From Dehalococcoidia bacterium (lineage in GTDB: Bacteria; Chloroflexota; Dehalococcoidia; Bin125), in NCBI GenBank assembly GCA_963422755.1, contig OY730488.1: a stretch of 64,000 nucleotides of DNA. One strand, 5' to 3'. Both the position numbers and the translations under genes were made by a program. Below the pieces are notes generated by a model. The model saw only the letters and a program-made list of their open reading frames with translations, ran no database searches and was not told the DNA's origin. Positions 23,131 through 31,969 of this stretch are shown one piece after another. Numbering within the stretch: position 1 is the first letter of the stretch; each line of letters begins with the position of its first letter.

Positions 23131-23918
23131 CGTCCTCGACAGGCCCAGAAGTGATCGGTAGGCCCGACGCCGTGTCCGATCTCAAGTCCGCCGCGGATCG
23201 CTTCGGTCACATATCGCTTGGCGGAGCTGACCGCGTCCGGTAGCTCGTCGCCGAGCGCCAGCCTGGCGGCGATGGCGGAGGCGTAGGTACAGCCCGTGCC
23301 ATGCGTATGTCGGGTCTCGATCCATTCGCGTTCGATCAGGCGCGTTTCGTCTCGTGTGACCAATACATCTGTGCCGGGCGACTCAGCGAGGTGCCCGCCC
23401 TTGACCAATGCCGCCTCCGCGCCGAGCTCAAGCAACGCAGCGCCGGCGCGCTTGGCCTCGGCAATGGTCTCCACGGCGATGCCAGTCAGCCGCTCGGCTT
23501 CGTGCGTGTTGGGTGTGACTACGCTAGACAGGGGAATCAACCGCGCCCGGAACGTGTCCACCGCCTCGGCAGCGAGCAACGGGAAACCGGTCTTCGAAAT
23601 CATGACCGGGTCGACCACGATCCGAGGCGGTCGGCGTGTTGCAAGCTCGTCGGCGACAGCCTCGATCATTTCCACGTCGCCAAGCATGCCGGTCTTGACC
23701 ACCGCGACGTTGAGGTCGGAGAAGACAGACTCGATCTGCGCACGGACCATCGCGGTCGGGAGTTGGTAGGCGTGCTGGACGCCGAGCGTGTTCTGTGCGG
23801 TCACGGCGGTGATCACGGTGGCGGCGTAGACGCCGTTGGCCGCGATCGACTTGAGGTCGGCCTGGATGCCAGCGCCGGCTGAAGAATCGGAGCCGGCCAT
23901 GCTGCAAACGACGCGCAC
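23124..23918 (-). CDS. thiD: Hydroxymethylpyrimidine/phosphomethylpyrimidine kinase ThiD
   Basis: AGSDSSAGAGIQADLKS N-terminus, ribokinase fold. GTG start with AGGA SD. An alternative ATG at 23900 is possible. Confidence 0.85.
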   Translation of the reverse strand: MRVVCSMAGSDSSAGAGIQADLKSIAANGVYAATVITAVTAQNTLGVQHAYQLPTAMVRAQIESVFSDLNVAVVKTGMLGDVEMIEAVADELATRRPPRIVVDPVMISKTGFPLLAAEAVDTFRARLIPLSSVVTPNTHEAERLTGIAVETIAEAKRAGAALLELGAEAALVKGGHLAESPGTDVLVTRDETRLIEREWIETRHTHGTGCTYASAIAARLALGDELPDAVSSAKRYVTEAIRGGLEIGHGVGPTDHFWACRGRC

Positions 23919-23969
23919 GCCACATCCTGTCGGGTGCGAGTGGTCGGTTAGCGGTTAGGCGGCTCGTGG

Positions 23970-24055
23970 TCTGAGAGGCTCGTCGCTCCCTGCGCCGGCA
24001 TTACCCGGATCAGGTTCGGCGGGTGTGTTCTCAGGCCCGAGTACGCTGGAGCGCG
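23970..24055 (-). ncRNA. TPP (THI-box) riboswitch
   Basis: Minus-strand sequence ...CGGGCCUGAGAACACACCCGCCGAACCUGAUCCGGGUAAUGCCGGCGCAGGGAGCGACGAG... matches the THI-box core (CUGAGA ... ACCUGAUC.GGUAAUGCC.GCG.AGGGA). It lies directly upstream of thiD. Confidence 0.85.
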
Positions 24056-24124
24056 ACCGGACCACCCCGGGATCGGTGTCGTAGCCAATGCTAACACACG
24101 GACCGTCCCATGCGGCGAGAGAGG

Positions 24125-24535
24125 CTAGCGCCAGGTCTGCACCCGTGGCGCCCACGTGAAGATCGTCGCGCCCCAGAGGCCGTAAATCAGCGGAGAACTG
24201 TTGACGCCACCGATCCGCAGCACACCCACAGAGTTATACCCACCGATCGAGATGAGACCCACGCTGTTCACCCCGCCGATCGACACGACTCCGATGGAGT
24301 TGACCATTCCCAGCGAGACCACGCCGATGGCGTTGATGCCGCTAATGGCGATAAATCCAATCGCATTGACCGAACCGGCGGCGAGGGAGTCGACTTCGCT
24401 GACGATGAGACCTCCAGCGAAGTCGCTGCCGGGAATCAGTGCAACCAGAACAATCATGACGGTGAGCGACAGGCCCCAGACGAACGTGATGCCCTGTTTG
24501 GCGTTGCGATCATGTTCGGTGCTGGCGTTTGACAT
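24125..24535 (-). CDS. Hypothetical small membrane protein with five 11-aa repeats
   Basis: 136 aa. One N-terminal TM helix (ITFVWGLSLTVMIVLVALI) followed by repeats of about I-G-G-V-N-S-V-G-x-I-S, encoded by imperfect 33-bp tandem DNA repeats. Confidence 0.5.
   Translation of the reverse strand: MSNASTEHDRNAKQGITFVWGLSLTVMIVLVALIPGSDFAGGLIVSEVDSLAAGSVNAIGFIAISGINAIGVVSLGMVNSIGVVSIGGVNSVGLISIGGYNSVGVLRIGGVNSSPLIYGLWGATIFTWAPRVQTWR
24201..24400 (-). repeat. Five or more imperfect 33-bp tandem repeats inside the coding sequence
   Basis: Units such as ccaccgatcgagatgagacccacgctgttcac and cccgccgatcgacacgactccgatggagttgac, recurring every 33 nt. Confidence 0.6.
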
Positions 24536-24602
24536 GAGCGCCTTACTCTCGCTTGCTCACTCCAGCTGTCAGCCGGCTTGCTGACACGGGACTCGGACGG
24601 GG

Positions 24603-25877
24603 CTAGTCATCGGAGACGAGCACCAGGGTGCCGGTCGTCGAGAGCGAGCCACCGGTGCCGTTCACGACACAGCTGCGGGCGCTGGTCTGCTTGCCTGGGT
24701 CACCTGAGAACCCATCGTCCTCGGCTGTGCCGGAGAGCTGGCGATAGGCCTCGACCAGCAGCTGCATGCCGTACATGCCGGAGTGGTTGAAGCTCAGTCC
24801 GCCGCCGTTGGTATTGATCGGCAGGCGTCCGCCTGGCGCGGCATGGCGGTCTTTCCAAAGCGCGACGCCTTCGCCCGACGGGGCGAGCCCCAGCATCTCG
24901 GCCGTGATCCCGGCGGTGACCGTAAAGGAGTCGTAGATCATGGCCATTTCCATGTCTTCGGGACCCATCCCCGCCATCCTGTAGGCGGCGGCCGCCGAGC
25001 GCCCAGCCGAGGTCTCCGTGAAGTCGCCCATTTCGAGCATGTTCCAATGGGAGATGCTCTCGCCCGCGCCGGCGATCCAGACGGGCGGCGTCTTCGACGT
25101 TTTGGCGATCTCGGGGCCGGTGATCAGCACCGCGCCGCCATGATCGGTCACGAGGCAGACGTCTAGCAGCTTGATCGGCCAGGAGATCGGCCGAGAGTTC
25201 ATCACGGTGTCGACCGTGATCGGTCCACCGAAGGTGTGGCCGCGCTTGCCGCCGCCCCATTCGCCTTTCTCCAGCGGCGGCGGGTTGCCATTCTCGCCAT
25301 CCGCCTTGCGATACATCACCGCGCGGGGGTTCAGGGTGGCCCATTCACGGGTGACGACCGCGATTTCGGCGAAGTCCTCCTGGGTCGTGCCGTAGCGTGC
25401 CATGTGCCGGTTGAGGGCGTGTGAATATGAGGTGGGCGCGCCGCCCAGTCCGTAGGCCGACGTGTGCTGCACGCCCGGGTCCCATGGGTCGCCGGCGCCT
25501 CCCGGTCGACCGGTACCCTTGCCCTGGGTGAAGCGCTGGCTAAAGCCCATCTCCCCATGCGAGACGAGCGCCACGTCGATGACGCCAGCATGAATGGCGG
25601 CCAGTGCGTGATGTACGTGCATCTCGAACGAGCATCCGCCCACTGCGGTGGTGTCGATGTATTTGGGATGCAGGCCGAGATACTCGGCGAGTTGCGGCGA
25701 CCAGCCGGCGGAAAAAATTCCGTCGATCGCGGCGATCGGAATGCCGGTCATGTCGCAGACATTCTTGATCGCCTCGATGTGGAGGGTGAGAGACGACTTG
25801 GGCGTCTGCGGATAGCCGATCTCGTTGGCTTCGGCAGCGCCGATGATCGCGGCGGCCTTGGATGCTGCGCCAGGCAT
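24603..25877 (-). CDS. Thiolase-family protein (SCP-x-like thiolase, partner of DUF35 protein)
   Basis: 424 aa. Thiolase N/C domains with catalytic Cys/His regions (VGGCSFEMHVHHA...). Adjacent to a DUF35 OB-fold/Zn-ribbon gene, as in lipid-transfer-type thiolase pairs. Confidence 0.8.
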   Translation of the reverse strand: MPGAASKAAAIIGAAEANEIGYPQTPKSSLTLHIEAIKNVCDMTGIPIAAIDGIFSAGWSPQLAEYLGLHPKYIDTTAVGGCSFEMHVHHALAAIHAGVIDVALVSHGEMGFSQRFTQGKGTGRPGGAGDPWDPGVQHTSAYGLGGAPTSYSHALNRHMARYGTTQEDFAEIAVVTREWATLNPRAVMYRKADGENGNPPPLEKGEWGGGKRGHTFGGPITVDTVMNSRPISWPIKLLDVCLVTDHGGAVLITGPEIAKTSKTPPVWIAGAGESISHWNMLEMGDFTETSAGRSAAAAYRMAGMGPEDMEMAMIYDSFTVTAGITAEMLGLAPSGEGVALWKDRHAAPGGRLPINTNGGGLSFNHSGMYGMQLLVEAYRQLSGTAEDDGFSGDPGKQTSARSCVVNGTGGSLSTTGTLVLVSDD

Positions 25878-25921
25878 GGGACTCTCCTATGTCTCGTGGG
25901 TCGGTGTGTCGAGCGGAGGGG

Positions 25922-26344
25922 TTAGGCGGGGCGCCAATATGGGATATGGACGTCCGCTGTCGCTTCCTCGAACTCGATCTGGACCGCGCCGCCGATCTCG
26001 ATCGAACCGGGATCGTTCGGGTCGACGCCCTTGAGGACGGTCAACATGCGGTCGCCCTCGGCGAGGTCGATGTAGGCCGAGACGTAGGGCACGCTATCGG
26101 CCCAACCGCGCGCTACGAGCCCTTTGTTGTGCTGCACGGCGAAGGTGTGAATCGTGCCACGCCCCGTGCCCTCGACCCACTCAATGTTCATCGAGTGGCA
26201 GAATGGACAGATCACCCGCGGATACCAGTGGACTCGGTTGCAGTCGGAGCAGCGGGGCAGCATCAGCTTGCCCGCTTTGGCCCCGTCCCAGAACGGCTGT
26301 GAGACCGGATCTGGGCTCGGAATCGGCTTGGTGTAGTCGGCCAC
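25922..26344 (-). CDS. Zn-ribbon + OB-fold protein (DUF35 family)
   Basis: 140 aa. CxxC...CxxC ribbon (CSDCNRVHWYPRVICPFC) followed by an OB fold. GTG start with GAGGGGA SD. Confidence 0.8.
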   Translation of the reverse strand: MADYTKPIPSPDPVSQPFWDGAKAGKLMLPRCSDCNRVHWYPRVICPFCHSMNIEWVEGTGRGTIHTFAVQHNKGLVARGWADSVPYVSAYIDLAEGDRMLTVLKGVDPNDPGSIEIGGAVQIEFEEATADVHIPYWRPA

Positions 26345-26457
26345 CGCGCTCCCCTCTCAGCGATCGCTGTTTCGCGCTGTTTCGTCCGCGCAATTCGTCT
26401 CGTCCCAGCAGGTTGCGGTTGCGCAGCCTGCTGGGAGTCAGCCCGTGAGCGAGATCA

Positions 26458-26473
26458 TGTGACAACGTTCACG
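26458..26473. promoter_or_regulatory. CRP/FNR-type palindromic box TGTGA-N6-TCAC
   Basis: aTGTGAcaacgtTCACg. The centre of symmetry is itself the palindrome AACGTT. About 115 bp upstream of the DUF35/thiolase operon, in a 635-bp intergenic region. Confidence 0.35.
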
Positions 26474-26979
26474 GAGCCTGCAGTGTACAGCGACCATGTC
26501 GACTGGGGCTCAGCAGAGATCACGACTAGTGCGGCATGAGCGCATCTGCGCTAGCGGCCGAGTCGGACAAGCCGCCTGATCGCGCTGATGATCAGCGTGG
26601 CGAAGGAGGGCGCGGAGTCGAGGCCACCCTGCATGATCCAGCGGCGTTGGGCCACAGCGCGCAGATGGGCGTTGCTGTGCTGCGGACGCTGCGGCATCCC
26701 CGGCACGTGCATTGGAGTCTCACTCATGTGGCATTCTCCTTGGGCTCCTTGAGCCCTTGGGGCAGCGGAGGTCGTCGTACGACGCGCGCCGTGGTCGCCT
26801 CCTTCTTCGACGGTATGGCGACGGCATGGACTGTGAGGGGGCCGGCATCGTCTCTGGCCATTGTGTTGGCTGGCCTGCTCAGACTTGACACCTGCGTTGA
26901 CAACCGCGTCGCAGTCGGACGGTACCCTGCCACACAGTTCATCCGTTGCATCTTGCCTGTTACATCTCAGGAGCCCGCC

Positions 26980-28065
26980 ATGTTGAAGCAGTTTGCCGTT
27001 CCCGAGGAGATCGCCGTGCGCATCCCTAGCGATGTGATGCGCGGCGCGGTGCACGAGATCTTCATGGCGCTCGGCATGCCAGAGGATGACGCCCAGCGCA
27101 GCACCGACACCTTGCTCTACGCCGATCTGCGCGGGATCGATTCGCACGGCGTATCCAACATGCTGCGCGCCTACGTCGCCGGCGTTCGCTCGGGCGACAT
27201 TAATCCAACGCCCAACTGGACGTTGGAGCGCGATGCACCAGCTGCGGCCACGATCGACTGCGATCGCGGACTGGGTCTCACCGTCGGCCCACAGGCGATG
27301 GAGATTGCGATTGAGAAAGCGCGGACGTGCGGAGTTGCGACGGTGGTCTGCAACAACGGACGTCACTTCGGCGCTGCCGCCTATCACGCCCAGATGGCGC
27401 TCGCGCACGACATGATCGGACTGTCGATGACGGTCGGCGGGCTGTTAGTCGCGCCAACGCACGGGGCCCAGGCTATGGTCGGGCTGAACCCACTCAGCAT
27501 CGCCGCGCCGGCCGCTGAAGAAGCGCCGTTCATTTTCGACGCCTCGATGTCGTCAGTGGCGGGCAACAAGATTCGTCTGGCGCAGCGGCTGGGCGAGGAT
27601 CTGCTGCCTGGCTGGGTCGCCGCTGCCGACGGGACTCCAATGATGGAGAGCGCTCCTACGCCTGACGAGTTCCTGATGCTACCGCTCGGCGGCACGCGGG
27701 AAATCGGCTCGCACAAGGGCTACTCGCTCGCGGCGTCGATCGACATTCTCAGTGGAATCATGGCCGGCGCCGGCTCGGCGCTGCACCGATTCAAGGGCGT
27801 CGGACATCACTTCACCGTCTTCAACATCGCCGCCTTCACCGATGTCGACGAGTTCAAGTCGAACATGGACCAATACCTGAAGTCGCTACGCGAGACGCCG
27901 ACGGCGCCCGGCCACGAGCGCGTGCTCTATGCCGGCCTGGAGGAGCATGAGCAGGAGATCGAACGTGCTGAGCGAGGAATTCCCTATCACCCTGAGGTGA
28001 TCGACTGGTTCCGCTCAGCGTTCAGCGACCTCGGCCTCCGCGATCACTTCGCTGGCGTCGTTTGA
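26980..28065 (+). CDS. Malate/L-lactate/L-sulfolactate dehydrogenase family (Ldh_2) oxidoreductase
   Basis: Start at MLKQFAVPEE preceded by AGGAG SD. Ldh_2 fold features (ADLRGIDSHGV...GSHKGYSLA). The listed ORF upstream extension is non-coding-like. Confidence 0.8.
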   Translation: MLKQFAVPEEIAVRIPSDVMRGAVHEIFMALGMPEDDAQRSTDTLLYADLRGIDSHGVSNMLRAYVAGVRSGDINPTPNWTLERDAPAAATIDCDRGLGLTVGPQAMEIAIEKARTCGVATVVCNNGRHFGAAAYHAQMALAHDMIGLSMTVGGLLVAPTHGAQAMVGLNPLSIAAPAAEEAPFIFDASMSSVAGNKIRLAQRLGEDLLPGWVAAADGTPMMESAPTPDEFLMLPLGGTREIGSHKGYSLAASIDILSGIMAGAGSALHRFKGVGHHFTVFNIAAFTDVDEFKSNMDQYLKSLRETPTAPGHERVLYAGLEEHEQEIERAERGIPYHPEVIDWFRSAFSDLGLRDHFAGVV

Positions 28066-28779
28066 CCGAGCATCGTTTGACCTGGTGTCGGTTGGCAACG
28101 TGGTAGCGCGAGCGCGCCCCAGCGCACTGGCGTCCGTCGCCTTACGGATGCGGTCGAGCGTCCACAGGAACAGGGCAAGATTAATTGGCCACGCCACCAG
28201 CGTCCGGACCCACACGTAGGTATCCGTCTCGATTGTGTCGAGCAGCCACAGGCGGAAGAACCCGGTCGCCAGCATCTTGAGCCCCCAGACGATCGTGATC
28301 GTTCGCCAGACACGGTGCTCACCCGGTAGTCGATCGGCAAGCTGCGGGAACAGCTCGCGCGCGAAGGGCCCGACGATCGGCCGGCCCAACAGCACACTGC
28401 CCAGAAAGATCGCTGCGGTGGCGAAGTCGTCGACCGGATCGGCCGTCCAGAACAGGTGGCCGTCTTCCCAGATGAGACCTGCGATGGCAAAGCCGATCAT
28501 CAGCGCCAGACCCAGCATGCTGATCATGTAGACCACTCGCGCACGGGGGCGCAGCCGCCGCTGGACGATGAACACCACCACCGCGGCGATCACCGCCGAT
28601 GCGATCGCCGCGCGGACGTCCCAGATCCGGTCGAAGAGCAGGTACAGAGCCACTGGCGCGAAGCCCAACAGCACAACCGGGTCGATCTGCGGGATCGACT
28701 CGAGCTTCTGCGCCCAGGCGGGCAGCTCCGGATCATCCTTGAGCGTTGGAGTCGATTGGGGAGCGTCGCGATCGGGCAA
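28015..28779 (-). CDS. Hypothetical polytopic membrane protein
   Basis: At least 5 predicted TM helices, no family assignable. Start provisionally at TTG just after the stop of the upstream small ORF. Tail overlaps the convergent Ldh_2 gene by ~50 nt. Confidence 0.5.
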   Translation of the reverse strand: MPDRDAPQSTPTLKDDPELPAWAQKLESIPQIDPVVLLGFAPVALYLLFDRIWDVRAAIASAVIAAVVVFIVQRRLRPRARVVYMISMLGLALMIGFAIAGLIWEDGHLFWTADPVDDFATAAIFLGSVLLGRPIVGPFARELFPQLADRLPGEHRVWRTITIVWGLKMLATGFFRLWLLDTIETDTYVWVRTLVAWPINLALFLWTLDRIRKATDASALGRARATTLPTDTRSNDARSNDASEVIAEAEVAER

Positions 28780-28787
28780 GAAGCGGC

Positions 28788-29129
28788 CTAGTGCTTCCAG
28801 AGCGGGGAGGCGACGTTGAGCGAGACCGCCGCCGCCGTCTCGCAGGCAGCGCGAATCGTCACCGTCTGCACGACCTCCGCTTCGGGCGAGGAACGCGGGT
28901 GCTGCTCGGGGTACCAGTTGACCTCGGCGATGCCCCATTCGTCCGAGTCGACCTGCCGCTCGCGTCCACCGCTGGAGGCCAGCGTGCCCGGACCGTCGAC
29001 GATCGTGAAGGCGACCGGCGCGCTGGCCAGCGATCCCTCACGGCTGCTGATCGACGCCGACACCATCCGATAGCCGACCTCGCCTCGGTCGGCCATACGC
29101 ACGCTGATCTTAATCGTGTCTTCCGGCAT
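28788..29129 (-). CDS. Hypothetical small protein (113 aa)
   Basis: ORF starting MPEDTIKISVRMADRGEVGYRMV..., no recognisable domain. Upstream ORF extension is Arg-rich junk. Confidence 0.4.
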   Translation of the reverse strand: MPEDTIKISVRMADRGEVGYRMVSASISSREGSLASAPVAFTIVDGPGTLASSGGRERQVDSDEWGIAEVNWYPEQHPRSSPEAEVVQTVTIRAACETAAAVSLNVASPLWKH

Positions 29130-29222
29130 ACCTACTCCTGTGCTGGTCCGATGTACCCAGCCTACCAGCGACGCTCGCCGCTCCACTATCCTGCGCCCAG
29201 ACGTACGTGACTGGAGCCGCAC

Positions 29223-30458
29223 ATGGTCCGCACCGAAGACATGCACCCCGACATGGCCAAGAACCTGCTCAGTCTGCCCCTGCCGCAGATCGAGCCTCAG
29301 CCGTGGATCGCGCCGCGACCGCTGGCGCAGACGACGGTGGCGATCGTCACCACCGCCGGCATGCATACGCATGGCGATCGCCCCTTCAATCCAGGATCAG
29401 TCGAGTATCGGCTGATCCCGGGCGACGTGGAGTACACCGACCTGCGGATGTCGCACCTGTCGGTCAACTTCGATCGCTCGGGCTTCCAGCAGGACATCAA
29501 CACCGTCTTCCCACTCGAGCGCCTGCGCGAGCTCGAGGACGAGGGCGTGGTTGGCGGGGTGAGCCGCTATCACTACTCGTTCATGGGCGCCCAAGCCGAC
29601 CCAACGCGGCTGGAGCGAACAGGTAAAAAGATCGGCCGACTGTTGGCCGAAGATGGTGTCCAGGCAGCTTTCCTGACACCCGTTTGACCGTTCTGCACGC
29701 GCTCCGTGGGAGCGCTGAGCCATTACATCGAGCTGGGCAGCGAGGGACGCGTCGCCACAGCGGGCGTCTCGTTGATCCGCGAGCACACACTCGGCATGCA
29801 GCCGCCGCGCGCGCTCTGGGTCCCCTTCCCGCTCGGACGCCCCTTGGGCGCGCCAGACCAGCCTGACTTCCAGCGCGATGTGCTGCGCGCCACCCTGGCC
29901 TTGCTGGAGTCGGCGACCGAGCCGACGCTCGCCGATTACCCGCACGACGCGCCGAGCTCGGGCGATGACCCCTGGGCCTGCGCCGTCGCGCTCACCCCAC
30001 CCGAGCCGTCCAGCGAGTCTGAGGCGCTGCGCGATCAGCTGGTCGAGGAGATTCGCCAGCTCGCGCCTTGGCATGCAGAGTCGCGCAAACGCCGAGGGCG
30101 CACGACCGTCGGCGTTTCGGGCGCCTCGGTCGATCAGATCGAAGACCTCGCCACGCTACTGGCGGATTTCGCGAGCGGCGTCGAGCCCTTGGACGGTGAC
30201 ATTGACTGGAACCATCCCATGCCGGTGCGCCTGAAGTTCGCCTCCGACGATCTGCGAGCCTTCTATCACGAGGCGGCGACGGCCCAACCAGGAGCGGGCG
30301 ATCCGACGGACGCCGAACTCAACGATTGGCTGTTCAATCAAACGCTGCTAGGGACCGTGTTGCGACAGATCGTCGGTCGGATGCGGGGGAGCGAGGATCG
30401 TCGTGTCGCCGGCCTCGTGATCGGCATGATTCCAGCTGGCTTCGCGCGTGCGCGCTAG
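29223..30458 (+). CDS. PrdB/GrdB-family (D-proline reductase subunit B-like) protein with in-frame TGA at 29685-29687; probable selenoprotein with C-terminal extension
   Basis: Two listed ORFs (29223-29687, 29706-30458) are in the same frame, separated by one TGA. Conservation runs across the TGA: ...YHYSFMG...AAFLTPV-[TGA]-PFCTRS...PRALWVPFPLGRPLG.... As I recall PrdB, its Sec region reads ...MHYGFMG...VVLTAG-U-GTCHRS...PRAVAPRVPMGANAG..., which this mirrors. A SECIS-like hairpin follows. Confidence 0.6.
29699..29715 (+). promoter_or_regulatory. Candidate bacterial SECIS hairpin
   Basis: GCGCUCC-GUG-GGAGCGC, a perfect 7-bp stem with a G/U-containing apical loop, beginning 11 nt 3' of the in-frame UGA. 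Confidence 0.55.
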
Positions 30459-30619
30459 TTGATGCCGTGCACGCTTCAGGCTGATCGGGAGCGCGACGGC
30501 CGCGTCGAGCTCAGTGTCACACGGAATTGCCCCACCAGTTGTGCGCAGCTATGTTCGCTAACGACGCGACTTGAGCTTTCCCATCCCGGTGGCAGATCGG
30601 GTACGACTGGCTGGCGAGC

Positions 30620-31900
30620 ATGAATATTCACGAGCATCAGGCGAAACAACTTTTTCGCGAGCGGGGGGTGCCAGTCCCGGCGGGCGGAACGGCGACGACG
30701 GAGCGCGAAGCACGCGAACTGATCAAGGCGCACGGCCCGGACGTCGTAATCAAGGCGCAGGTGCACGCCGGCGGGCGCGGCAAGGGGCGGATCGTGAAGC
30801 GCGACCGGGCCAGCCGTATGTACAACGATCTGCGCCGCGAGCCAGAGCGCTACGAGGGCCAGATCAAGGGACGACGGCGCGGCGGCGTGCGACTCGCCAG
30901 CGGAGTCGAGGAGGGGCTGAAAGAATTCCGCCCGCTGATAGACAAGGCGAACCGCCTCGTCAGCGTCCAGACCGGACCAGAGGGCGCCACAATCTCGGCG
31001 GCGCTGATCGAAGCGCAGACTTCGATTGCACACGAGTACTACTTCTCGATCCAGGTCGACGGCGCCAGCGGTCAGCCGCTGATCATCGCCTCGGCCGAGG
31101 GTGGTCAGTCGATCGAAGAGGTCAACCGCACCAATCCGCGCGCGGTACTACGCGTACCGGTCGACCCGACCGAGGGGTTCCCCGCGTTTCGCGGCCGCGC
31201 ACTCGCCAGCCAACTGGGGCTGCCGTCATCAGTGATTCGCCAGGCAGGCGAGATGTTCGCCCGCCTCTACCGCGTGTTCACGGAGATGGACGCCTCACTG
31301 GTTGAGGTCAATCCCTTCGTGCTGAGCAGCGAAGGGACGGTCCTGGCGATCGACGGCAAGGTCGGCTTGGACGACAACGCTTCGTTCCGACACGACGGCT
31401 ATGAGGCATGGCGCGATCGTTCGCAGGAGAATCCCACCGAGATAGAGGCTGAAGAAGCAAACATCGGTTCGTACATCAAGCTCGACGGCAACATCGGCTG
31501 CGTCGTGAACGGCGCCGGTCTCGCGATGGCGACGATGGACACTTTGAAGCTGCATGGCGGCGAGCCGGCCAACTTCCTCGACATCGGCACCGTCAACCGC
31601 AAGGACCGCGTCGTCGAGGCGCTGCGCATCATCGTGAATGATCCCGACGTGCGCACGATCTTCATCAACATCTTCGGCGGACTTGCGCGCGTCGACATCG
31701 TCGCTGAAGGTGTCGTCGACGCCGTGCGCGAGCTGCAGATCAAGCAGCCACTGGTGGTTCGCTTAAATGGCTCCAACGTCGAGGAAGGGAGGCGCGTGTT
31801 GCACGACTCGGGTATCGACGTGCAAACGGCGGACGAACTGGGCGACGCCGCCGCGCTGGCCGTCGCCGCCGCACAGCTGGCCAAGCGGCGCTCCCACTAG
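30620..31900 (+). CDS. sucC: Succinate--CoA ligase [ADP-forming] beta subunit
   Basis: 426 aa. ATP-grasp N-domain (MNIHEHQAKQLFRERGVPVP...KAQVHAGGRGKG), CoA-ligase C-domain (DGNIGCVVNGAGLAMATMD). Contains a lineage-specific ~30-aa Arg-rich insertion after GGRGKG. Confidence 0.9.
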   Translation: MNIHEHQAKQLFRERGVPVPAGGTATTEREARELIKAHGPDVVIKAQVHAGGRGKGRIVKRDRASRMYNDLRREPERYEGQIKGRRRGGVRLASGVEEGLKEFRPLIDKANRLVSVQTGPEGATISAALIEAQTSIAHEYYFSIQVDGASGQPLIIASAEGGQSIEEVNRTNPRAVLRVPVDPTEGFPAFRGRALASQLGLPSSVIRQAGEMFARLYRVFTEMDASLVEVNPFVLSSEGTVLAIDGKVGLDDNASFRHDGYEAWRDRSQENPTEIEAEEANIGSYIKLDGNIGCVVNGAGLAMATMDTLKLHGGEPANFLDIGTVNRKDRVVEALRIIVNDPDVRTIFINIFGGLARVDIVAEGVVDAVRELQIKQPLVVRLNGSNVEEGRRVLHDSGIDVQTADELGDAAALAVAAAQLAKRRSH

Positions 31901-31969
31901 CGGCCGCGGACACGACTTACGGATAGCACGAACAGTGTGCACGACCAGCCTGAGACAGGACAACGGCGC

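Noticed and set aside
24201-24400. Regularly spaced 33-bp repeats; considered as a CRISPR array
   Set aside because: Repeats are imperfect and contiguous with no unique spacers. They lie in-frame within an ORF encoding 11-aa peptide repeats. No cas genes nearby.
26883-26900. Two TTGACA hexamers (possible -35 elements) upstream of the Ldh_2 gene
   Set aside because: No acceptable -10 hexamer at 16-19 bp spacing could be found by eye.
26536-26979. 148-codon upstream extension of the Ldh_2-family ORF
   Set aside because: Non-protein-like composition. A perfect AGGAG Shine-Dalgarno precedes the internal ATG at 26980, where family homology begins.
29688-29705. Treating 29223-29687 and 29706-30458 as two separate genes
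   Set aside because: They share a frame, are separated by a single TGA with no intervening RBS, and family conservation continues across the stop. See the selenoprotein finding; two genes remain the fallback if no Sec machinery exists.
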